Source of the DNA: Mobula hypostoma
Lineage: Eukaryota
Direction: 5' to 3'
Length of the DNA stretch: 64,000 bases
Assembly: GCF_963921235.1 (NCBI RefSeq)
Contig: NC_086097.1
Coordinates: 174,346,001 to 174,410,000, forward strand
Numbering within the stretch: position 1 is the first letter of the stretch; every line of letters starts with the position of its first letter. The position numbers were made by a program, and so were the translations under genes. This document shows, piece by piece, positions 40,207 through 51,047 of the stretch. The notes under the pieces are model-generated. The model saw only the letters and a list, made by a program, of their open reading frames with translations, was not told where the DNA came from and did not search any database.

Positions 40207-40505
40207 TGCCCCACCTCCCCCTCGTATCCCATCCGTTATTTATTTTTATACACACATTCTTTCTCTCACTCTCCTTTTTCTCCCTCTGTCCCTCTGACTA
40301 TACCCTTTGCCCATCCTCTGGGTTCCCCCCCCCCTTGTCTTTCTCCCCGGACCTCCTGTCCCATGATCCTCTCATATCCCCTTTGCCAATCACCTGTCCA
40401 GCTCTTGGCTCCATCCCTCCCCCTCCTGTCTTCTCCTATCATTTTGGATCTCCCCCTCTCCCTCCCCCTCCCACTTTCAAATCTCTTACTAACTCTTCCT
40501 TCAGT

Positions 40506-40543
40506 TAGTCCTGACATAGGGTCTCGGCCTGAAACGTCGACTG
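40506..40543 (+). ncRNA. Hammerhead motif in the PLE 3' terminus, core mutated
   Basis: UAGUC CUGACAU AGG-gucucgg-CCU GAAA CG UC GACUG: CUGACGA has become CUGACAU (G8 and A9 lost). Confidence 0.65.
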
Positions 40544-43500
40544 TACCTCTTCCTAGAGATGCTGCCTGGCCTGCTGCGTTCACCAGCAACTTTGATGTGT
40601 GTTGGTTGGATTAATTACATCAGTTGACTTTTTCAAATTTAATTTTTTATTCATGTTCCTTTCACAGGTTTCTCAAGTATTGCTGTTGATTGACATTACA
40701 GGAAATTTGCTAGGTTGTTCTTTTGACTAAATACACACAAAAAAAATTTGCATCTATGATACAACCATAGATTTGTGCTATGCTCTACAAGTAGCAATTT
40801 GGAAAGCAGATGGAGCAGGCTAAAATAAACAATGGAGTATAAGCATAAGGAAACTTTAAAAGGAATTTCAATGCAAATATATATATAAGTAGGCCATTTA
40901 TATTTCTATTTCTGAAGGTGGAAGCAAGTTATTTGAATTTGTGGGATTTGACACCAAAACTAGAAGGCTGTGGCATACACAGACAGAAGATGCGTTGTTT
41001 CTTGTTCAAAAATAAAAGCTTGCTTTCTTTAAGATGATGAAGTGAGGTATCAAATAACCTAAACTTTGAATATATTTTCTAAGAGGTGTTTATTATTTGC
41101 ATATTGTGCACTGTGTGCTGTCTGATATGAAGAAATTCTTTGCAACAAGGTGTTAAATTCTGTGCTGAGAGTACTGACTGGAGGAGGGGACAGATGATAT
41201 TCTCATTCACCACTGGTAGTCAAAGTGCTGTGTGTTGCGGATTTGTGTGTGGAGTCTGATTTTATATTTTAGGAGGGTCGAGGGTAAAATTAATTTTAAG
41301 TTGCAAAGCAGAGGGGGTAGGGTCGAAAGGACACAAGGATTGGGAATTCAAGAGTTAAAGAAGGAGAGGGAAGAAAGAAGACATTGTACATCAATCTTGG
41401 ATTATAGCTGGATTTACAAGGCTGAAACGAAGTGACAGTGTTTCGACTCATCAGGCAATGATGGAGGCTGGTATGGTCATGAAGGTCCACTGCGGAAGAA
41501 TAAGAAACAAAAACTCAGAGATGATCCTTTAAACTGAGATGAGGAGTAATTTCTTCAGTCAGAGGGTTGTGAATCTGGAATTCATTGTCATTTGGTGTAT
41601 ATTAGTCAGAGTTTGATAGCTTTTTTTTGTGAAGTGTTCAAAGTTGTCACGGTGGTGCTAAATTTTAGTGATTAGGGTTTTGCTGATTCGTTCAAGATCT
41701 GACTGAAGGGAATTAGCAGTTTCTGAACCTGGTGGTGCAGGGCTGAAGGATTCTGTACCTTCTGCCTGATGATAGCTGCGAAAAGATGAACTGTAAATCA
41801 TGCTGGACAAATTTGCTTGAATTCTTTGAGGATATGAAAGGGAGAATTTATAGAGAGAAACCTATAAGTTGTTTGTTTTAGATTTCCAAAAAACATTAGG
41901 CAAGGTGCCATATAAGAGGCTGGTGCCTCAATTAAGTGTGTTCACCTGGATTGAAAACTGGCTGTCACATAGAAAACTGAGAGTTAGAGTAAATGAGTCC
42001 TTTTCAGGTTGGAGAGATGTAACTAGTGGAGTACCACAGTGAGTAGTTTTTGACTCATATTTCTTTATTAGTTGCATTAATAACCTGGATGAAGGAATAA
42101 AATGTAGGGTTCAAGTCTGTCTGTGATATGGAAGTGGTAGGGCATGTTGCCATGAGGAGATTGTGATCATGCAATGATATTTAGATAGGTTGAGTGTTTG
42201 GACAAAAACCCCAAAAAAATAATTTTGTGGGGAAGTGTGAGGTCATGCACTTTACCAAATGGAATTGGAAGGGAGATTATTAACTAAATGGAGAGAGACT
42301 GCAAATGAGTAAAATTCAGAAGGATCTGTGTTATCTAGTGCAACCTTAACAAGAAGCTAGCAGGCAGGTCCAAAAAGTAGTTAAGAAGGTAAATGACATT
42401 TTGGACTTCACTGCAAAGGGATTAGAGATAAAGGTTTTGTTGTAGTTGTACAGGGTGTTTGCGAGGCCTCAGCTGGAATACTGACAACAGTTTTGGTTCA
42501 CTTAGCAAAAATCGGATGTGACATTGGAGACAATCCAAAGGAAATTCACCAGGCTAATTCCTGGGCGAGAGGGTTGTTCCATTAAGAGATGCAAGGGAGT
42601 TTGGGTCTGTATTTCTTGGTTTTGGAAGAACGACTGTGATTTGATTCAGACATATAGGACCCAGATGGACTAACAAAGTATGGTGCCTATAAAAAGTATT
42701 CACCTCTCCCCTTGGAAATTTTCATGTTTTATTGTTTTACAACATTGAATCACAGTGAATTTAATTTGGCCTTTTTGACACTGGTTAACAGAAAAAGACT
42801 CTTTCATGTTAAAGCGAAATCGGATCTCTATAAAGTGATCTTAAATTAATTACAAATATAAAGCAAGATAATTGATCGCATAAGTATTCATCCCCTATGA
42901 GTCAGTATTTAGATGCAGTTTTGGTAGCAAATATAGCCTTGAATCTGTGTGAATTGGTCTCTGTGAGCTTTGCACATCTGGATACTGCAATATTTCCCCA
43001 TTCTTCTTTACAAAACTGCTCAAGATCTGTCAGATTACATGGGGATCGTGAGTGAACCTCCCTTTTCAAGTCCAGCCACAAATTCTCAATTGGATTGAGG
43101 TCTAGAATCTGACTTGGCCACTCCAGGACATTAACTTTGTTGTTTTTAAACCATTCCTGTGTAGCTTGGGCTTTATGCTTGGGGTCACTGTCTTGCTAAA
43201 AAAACAAATCCTCTCCCAAGTCATAGTTCTCTTGCAGACTGCATCAGTATTTCCTCCAGGATTTCCCTGTATTTTGCTGCATTCATTTTACCCTCTACCT
43301 TCACTGGCCTTCCAGGACCTGCTGCAGTGAAGCATCCCCACAGTATGATGCTGCAACGCTTCACAGTAGGGATGGTGTGTGCTGACGTGCAGTGTTCAGC
43401 CTACACCAAACACAGCGTTTAAGTCTGATGGACAAAAAGCTCAGTTTTATTTTCATCAGATCACAGAACCTTCTAGCTGACTTCAGAGTCTCCCACATAC

Positions 43501-43761
43501 CTTCTGTCAAACTCTAGTTGAGATTTCTTTCTTTTTAAATCTTTTTATTGAATTAGTACACAAAAGGTAAGCCATATAGGCACTGATACACTGTTGCAAT
43601 ATAACTTTACTAGAAATATTAATACACAAAAGGAAGTTAGTACAAACAGTGCAGTTTAGATATAAAATAACAAGTTAATATAATAGTATACTAATTTTCA
43701 TACATGTCAATAAGGAAAAGAAAAAAAAAACCCCAAAAAAATCCCACCGTGCAACTAATCT

Positions 43762-43825
43762 TTCTTTTCTTTTTAAATCTTTTTATTGAGTAAGTATACA
43801 AAAAAGGTAAGCCATATAAACATTA
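43762..43825 (-). mobile_element. 64-bp L1 3'-end insertion inside the L1 3' UTR, 11-bp TSD
   Basis: GCAACTAATCT occurs at 43751-43761 and 43826-43836. The insert resembles 43528-43590. The sister copy near 15242 shows the empty site. Confidence 0.88.
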
Positions 43826-44056
43826 GCAACTAATCTAAAAAGCAAAGCAAAGCAATGGGCTAACTAGGTATCAAGTAGAGTTAAACAACTTAAAACAATC
43901 ACGTCCTCAAACCCGACCTCCGTTAAAAACAGTTAAAAAGCAAGAAGGGAATGTAAATATGGACAGAGAAAGAAAAAAAGTTACATTAAATGAAAATGTT
44001 GAATAAAAGATCTCCAAGTCTGTTCAAATTTAACTGAAAAATCATAAGGATTACTT

Positions 44057-47000
44057 CTAATTTTTTCCAAATTTAAACATAGTATCATCTGGGAAAAACC
44101 AAAAGAACGTAGTTGGAGCATTAATCTCCTTCCAATGTTGTAAAATACATCTTTTCGCCATTAAAGTAAGAAATGCAATCAATCTACGGGCTGAAGGGGA
44201 AAGATTACTGGAAATTTTAGGTAATCCAGAGATAGCAGTAATAGGATGGGGAGAAATATCTATATTCAATACCTTTGAAATAATATTAAAAATGTCTTTC
44301 CAAAAAGTTTCCAAAGTAGGACAGGCCCAAAACATATGAGTTAAGGAAGCTATCTCCCCATGACATCTGTCACAAAGAGGGTTAATAGGAGAATAAAAAC
44401 GAGCTAATTTATCTTTAGACATATGTGCTCTATGGACAACTTTAAATTGAATTAGAGAGTGTTTAGAACAGATAGAGGAAGTATTGACTAGTTGTAAAAT
44501 ATGCGCCCAGTCATCCACCGAAATAATAAAGCCCAATTCCTTTTCCCAATCTGACCTAATCTTGCCGAATGGAGCTTTCCTAAGTTTCATAATAATATTA
44601 TAAATAATAGCCGTTACACCTTTCTGACATAGATTAAGGTTAATTATAGTATCTAAAATATATGTAGGAAGTAGCGTCAGAAAGGAAGAAAGTATAGTAC
44701 TTAGGAAATTTCTAACTTGGAGATATCTAAAAAAATGTATTCTTGGTAAGTTATATTTGTTAGATAATTGTTCAAAAGACATAAGGGAACTGTCTAAAAA
44801 TAAATCCAAAAACCGTGAAATACCATTAGTCTTCCAAATTTGAAAGGCACGGTCCGTAGAAGAGGGAGGAAAGAATATGTTGCCTAAAATAGGAATCGCA
44901 AGCCCAAATTGATTAAGATCGAAAAATTTTCGGAATTGAAACCAAATACGTAAGGTATATTTAACTATCGGGTTACAAACCTGTTTGTAGTGTTTCAAAT
45001 CAAAAGGAAGAGAAGAGCCTAAAATGGAGCCAAGTGCATAACCTTGAGCAGATTGTAATTCCAATACTACCCATTTAGGAATGGATAGTGTATCTTGATC
45101 AAGTAACCAAAATTTCATGTGTCGAATATTAATTGCCCAATAATAGAATCTAAAGTTAGGTAATGCCAAGCCTCCATCTCTCTTAGCTTTCTGTAGATGT
45201 ATTTTACCCAATCTTGGGTTTTTATTTTGCCAAATAAATGAAGAAATTTTAGAGTCAACTTTATCAAAAAAGGATTTTGGAACAAAAATCGGTAATGCCT
45301 GAAATACATATAAAAATTTTGGAAGAATAAACATCTTAACAGCATTAATATGACCAATAAAAGTTAAATAAAATGGAGACCATTTAAATGAAAGTTGAGT
45401 AATGTGATCGATTAAGGGTAGGAAATTAGTCTTAAATAAATCTTTATGTTTACAGGTAATTTTAATCCCAAGATATGAAAAATGATTATTAACCAATTTA
45501 AACGGAAGATTCTGATATAAGGGAACTTGCTTATTAATCAGGAAAAGTTCACTCTTACTGAGATTTAACTTATAACCTGAAAAAAGACTAAATTGTGCTA
45601 ATAAATCTAAAGCAGCAGGGATAGATTTTTGAGGATTAGAAATATATAAAAGTAAGTCACCAGCATAGAGTGATACTTTATGGGACTTTAAACCCCAAGT
45701 TATCCCAATAATATTTGGAGATTCTCGAATAGCAATTGCAAGAGGTTCCAATGCAATATCAAATAATAAAGGACTAAGAGGACAACCTTGTCTAGTACCT
45801 CGAAAAAGAGGGAAAAAAGATGAGCTTAAAGAGTTAGTACGGACTGAGGCCATAGGAGAATGATATAACAATTTGATACAGGATATAAATTTCAGACTGA
45901 AATTAAACATTTCAAGCACCTTAAATAAGTAAGACCATTTGACTCTGTTGAAGGCTTTTTCAGCGTCTAAGGAAATGACGCACTCAGGATCATTTTGTGA
46001 GGGGGTATAAACAATGTTTAACAGTGTGCAAATGTTATAAAAAGAGTAACGACCTTTAATAAAACCTGTTTAGTCTCTGAAATAATATAAGGAAGTGCTT
46101 TTTCTAATCTGTTTGCTAACAATTTAGAAAAGATTTTAGAGTCAACATTTAATAAGGATATTGATCTACAAGATGCACATTGAGCAGGATCTTTATCCTT
46201 CTTTAATATTAAATAGATCGATGCTCTATAGAAGGATTCGGGAAGTTTGCCAAGTTTTAATGAGGCCTCCAGAACCCTGAATAACCAAGGGATTAGTGAA
46301 GATGCAAAACATTTATAAAATTCCACGGTAAACCCATCAGGACCAGGAGCTTTCCCCGGGCTCATAGAGAAAATCACATTCTTAATCTCATCAGTAGTAA
46401 AGGAAGTGTCTAGCATAGAAGGTATATCATGTAAAATCTTAGGGAAATCTAGGTTATCTAAAAAGTCATACATATATTTAGAGTCTCGTGGAAACTCTGT
46501 TTGATATAAGGAGGAATAAAAATCAAAAAAGGATTGATTAATCTCAGCTTGATCAAATATCAGTTGATCTTTTTGATTATAAATCTGATTAATTTGAAAT
46601 TTAGAATAGTTAGTCTTCAACTGATTAGTGAACAGTTTACCAACTTTGTCACTATGTATATAAAATTCGCTTCTTGTTTTCATTAATTGATTTGCAATCA
46701 AGGACGAAAGTAATAAACTGTGTTCCATTTGAAGTTCAGTTCTTTGTTTATACAACTTCTCAGAGGGAGCTGTAGCATATATCTTATCAATTTCCTTAAT
46801 CTTGTCTACAATAACCAGCTCCTTGTCCTTCAACCTCTTCCTCAAAGCAGCAGAGTACGAGATGATCTGACCACGAATATAAGCTTTAAAAGTATCCCAA
46901 AGGATGTTCATAGAAATATCTTCTGTATAGCTGATTGTAAAAAAGAGATCAATCTGTTCATTCATAAAGTTAACAAAATCCGAGTCCTGAAGCAAGAGTG

Positions 47001-47757
47001 AATTAAAACGCCATTGTCTATTATTTTGTGTGTTGGCCAGTATTTTAATAGAAAGCTTAAGTGGAGCATGATCCGAAATGGTTATAGAGTCATATTCACA
47101 TTTAACCACTGAAGAAATAAGACGAGAGTCAATAAAAAAATAATCAATTCTTGAATAGGAACGATGAACATGTGAAAAAAAAGAAAAATCTTTTTACTGG
47201 GGATGCAAAAAACGCCAAATGTCCGTCTACCCGCAATCTGAAAGGAATGAGTTAATCAAGGTTGCAGATTTATTGGGTAAGGTCCGTAAAGGAGCCGAAC
47301 GGTCCAAAGATGGAGATAAACAAGTATTAAGATCCTCGCCCCAAATTAGTGAAAACTCATTCAAATTCAGGAACAAATTAAATAATGATTTGTAAAATTC
47401 CGGACAGTCCATGTTAGGAGCATAGACGTTAATCAAAACTACCTTTTTATTAAAGAGTAAACCACTAACTGATAGAAATCTGCCATTCGGATCAGAAGTA
47501 ATATCGTGTTGTACAAAAGTGATTGAGGGATCTATAAAAATAGAAACTCCTCGAATCTTAGTGTTGGAATTCGAATGGAAGTGTTGACCCTTCCAGAATT
47601 TGAAAAAACGTAATCTGTCCCCCCTCCGCACATGGGTCTCTTGTAAAAATAGAACATGTGCTTTAAGTCTCCGGAATACTTTAAAAACTTTTTTCCTTTT
47701 TATTGGATGATTAAGACCATTAGTATTCCAAGAGACAAAATTAATAGTAGACTCCAT
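44057..47757 (-). pseudogene. L1 ORF2 (APE endonuclease plus RT plus Cys-rich C-terminus), frameshifted
   Basis: MESTINFVSWNTNGLNHPIKR, LQETH, ISDHAP, KAPGPDGF, RGTRQGCPLSPLLF, LYAGD (YADD expected), CDRC...HMFWAC. Split over ORFs 47227.., 46018.. and 44057.. Confidence 0.95.
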
Positions 47758-48474
47758 AAACCCTAAAGTCAACCCGCAAAAAAAGGGGGATTGACAATAG
47801 GTTCGTCCCACGCACCCGGAAAGGTAACAGAACAAACAAGAGGTAACGGGAAGGAGAATGCGACCAATACTTTGGCAATGTAAGTAGCCCAAGAAAAAAA
47901 AACTGAAAAGTGAAGCCCCTCCCACCACCCCCCCCGAAACCCTAAAGCTAAATCTAAGATAGACCAGCCAGAAAGAAGCAAGCGCTAGAACTACCCCCAT
48001 GACTTCCAATAGACGCTCACTAAAAAAAAGTGTATCTATAAGAGGATCAGCTAAAGTTATAAAACAGTAGAGAAATTTAAAAAATATATACACCGATTAA
48101 AGCAAACACGATATAATACAAAGAAAAAACAGGTAAATATAAAGAAAACCGTTAACCAACAACAGACCATATAGTTAAATGAGAAAATGAGACCATTAGC
48201 ATAAACTAACAAGAAAAACTATAAAAAGTACGTTTGAAAACTACGAAGTTTAAGGCCTCAAAGGAAATACGTAAAATGATGCTGAGGGAATAGTCACCCA
48301 GAATCCCAAGGGAAAAAGAAAGGAATGATGCAGTTAGAAAAAAATTGGCAACCATATTAATTAAACCAAAAAAAAACTTTTCTGCCCTCATATAAAGCGA
48401 AAAAAAATTAAAAAAAAATTAAACCAAACAGATTAACTGCCTCCGAACAAACAGAGATGATTTAATAATTGCGA

Positions 48475-49313
48475 TTAAGATGTTGAAGGTGAAAATTGAT
48501 CCAGATAACTCTGGGCTTCCGATGGAGAGTCGAAAAAACGGGAAGACCCATCAGGCGATCGAATCTTCAAACGTGCGGGATAAAGCAACACTGGTTTTAA
48601 ATCCATCTTATAAAGTTCCGACATCACAGATCTGTAACGGACACATTGATCCCGAACCTGCTTACTAAAGTCTTTGACCAGGCAGAACCGAAGCTGCGAG
48701 TAATCAATGTAACCTTTAGGTCGAGCGAATCGAAGCAATTTTTCCTTGTCTTGAAAATAATGAAATCGTAAAATAACATGCCGAGGTTTATCTAACTTAG
48801 ACGAATATACTGGGACTCTGTGAGCCTGATCCAATAATGGTGGTTGGTCAGGAAATAAGGTAGGAAGTGCATCTTTTAAAAGTTGAGAAAAAAACTTTAT
48901 AGGGTCATCAGATTCAGCAGCTTCATGAATACCAATAATTCGAATATTCTGTCGTCGCATTCTGCATTCTAAGTCAGAGTTTTTAAAAGTCAGAAAGTCA
49001 AGTTTTTTCTTCATTACAGTAATTGTTTCTTCAATTTTCCCCCACCTTGAGTTCATTTTGTTGCGTGGATTTTTGAAGATTAGATATAGCAGTCTGGTGT
49101 TCCCGTGATAGATGTTTCCATTTTATCGATTACATCAATAATTTTCTGCAGTTTAGTTGAAATTTCCACACGAATCAGATCCGTTATAGTAGTTGAAATT
49201 TCCGTTTGAATCAGATCCAATATAGCTTTCAAAGTTAATAGTGGTTCAATTGGAGGAGGATCGGTAACTTTCGGTCTAACCGGAGGTTTGCCGTCTTTCC
49301 CGTTCTTAGACAT
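48475..49313 (-). pseudogene. L1 ORF1 (coiled coil plus RRM/CTD, Transposase_22 type), frameshifted
   Basis: ATG at 49313 (MSKNGKDGKP). The second frame has DLECRMRRQNIRIIGI, AHRV, PRHVILRF and LLYPARLKI. Confidence 0.9.
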
Positions 49314-50190
49314 AGCAGACCTTAAAAGCATCCAAATATCAAAAAACACAATTTGTTGCAAGGTATTATAAAAATCGGTGCCTTAATGGTTAGCTTAAAT
49401 ATAGCTGATCATAGGAAAAAACTCAGAGGTAATGGAGCGAGTCAAGAACACGACTTCACTCCATGAGCTCTACCGGAAGTCTCTCAAGATTTCATGTGAG
49501 ATTTTTCAACCGTGGCTTTCTCTTTGCCACTTTCCCATAAAGCTGCAACTGGTGAAGCACCCGGGCAACAGTAGTATGTGCAGTCTCTCCCATCTCAGTC
49601 ACTGAAGCTTGTAACTCCTCCAGACTTGTCATAGGTCTCTTGGTGGCCTCCCTCATCAGTCCCCTTCTTATGCGGTTACTCAGTTTTTCAGGGTGGCCTG
49701 CTCTGGCCAGGTTTACAGCTGTATTGCATTGTTTCCATTTCTTGATTGACTTAACTGTACTCCAAGGGATATTCAGTGACTTGGGAATGTTCTTGCATCT
49801 GACTTGTGCTTTTCAGTAACCTTTTGGCAGAGTTGCTTGAAGTATTATTTTGTCTTTACGGTTTACTTTTTGCCAGGGTACTGACTCATCAGCAAGTGGA
49901 CCTACCAGATACAGGTGTAGTTTTACTACCATCAATTGAAACACCTTGACTGCACACAGGTGATCTCCATTTAACTAATTATGTGACTCCTGAAACCAAT
50001 TGCCTGTGCCAGTGATGATTTAGTGTATCATGTTAAAGGTGGTGAATACTTTATGCATCAATTATTTTGTGTTTTATATTTGTAATTAATTTACATCACT
50101 TTGTAGAGATCTGTTTTCACTTTGACACGAAAGAGTCTTTTTGTGTTGATCAGTGTCAAAAAAGCCAAGTTAAATCTCCTATGATTCAAT

Positions 50191-51047
50191 TGTTACAAGA
50201 ATCACCCCTTGTAATAATGATCGGTGAGGCACAGAGAATCTGTAGTTACCGACAAGTAACTTTTATTGTTTCAACTAAAAGCACATGGGTTCACAAACTG
50301 TCTCTGTGTGCACCCTACTAGAATCCCTGACGGTCCATGAACAGTCAATGAAGAGAAAAGGATATTACCCGGGAAAGGAGTCTACGCTGACCAAGCGTTC
50401 CTCGTGGCCCGGATCTCTACGTGTCCATGGGGTCCTCATTATCTGCAGTGGTTGGTCTCTGCCTGCTGGAGAGTTATCGCCCCTGTGTATTCGAACCTCC
50501 TAACTCTTATACTATTCCTCATCAATTGGACCATTGCATCTCCATCACATTGGCTCAAGGTCACCTGACCTACCTGGGTCACCTTCTTACTGGTCATTGT
50601 ACAGGTCTACAACCAACACTGTTTCATGGTTCTGCCCACTGTAGCTTTGTGTCTCAGTGCCTTTACACTCTTACTGGTCCAAACCAGTTAAATGAGCCAC
50701 CCAGACAGAGTCTAATGAGATTACAGATGGCTTCTTTGGTAGGTCTGGCATTTTGCATAACAAGTAGCTACTCTTCGGAGAACGATCTCTGAAAATTGTT
50801 CTGATTAGATTGTCCCAGAGTCAAGAATCAGTTCAGAGTCCATGACCTTTACATAACAAATGGTTACTTGTTTGAGAATGGTCTCAGTTTTAGCAGATCA
50901 TTACCTGAAGCTTCCTGTATCCACATTCAGTTGCTGAATCAGTTTAAAGCAAGAATCAGTTTAGAGTCCACAAAAAGGGGCTTGTTTGGAGTCCACAAAA
51001 AGGGGCTTCCCTGTCCTTGATTAGACTGTAGTTTCTTCTGGCCAACA
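50191..51047 (-). mobile_element. Solo LTR (857 bp), 4-bp TSD
   Basis: CAAT|TGTTAC...GCCAACA|CAAT. AATAAA on the - strand near 50262-50267. It interrupts the Tc1 right terminal repeat. Internal tandem GAGTCCACAAAAAGGGGCTT x2 at ~50965-51008. Confidence 0.88.

Larger units (their letters stand above)
37566..40603 (+). mobile_element. Penelope-like retroelement (Neptune-type), 5'-truncated, with an inverted upstream arm; 13-bp TSD
   Basis: GGTTGGATTAATT occurs at 37553-37565 and 40604-40616. About 37605-38418 is the reverse complement of ~39784-40603. The forward copy starts at ~38554. Confidence 0.95.
43528..49486 (-). mobile_element. Apparently full-length L1-clade LINE (~5.96 kb), 7-bp TSD
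   Basis: AGATTTC occurs at 43521-43527 and 49487-49493. The 5' end is GAGAGACTTCCGGTAGAGCTCATGG, followed by ORF1, a spacer, ORF2, and a 3' UTR ending AATAAAAAGATTTAAAAAGAAA. Confidence 0.95.

Noticed and set aside
47758..48093. Hydrophobic N-terminal extension of ORF 47227..48093 as a membrane protein
   Set aside because: It is read-through of the U-rich L1 spacer. Homology begins at MESTINFVSWN (47757).
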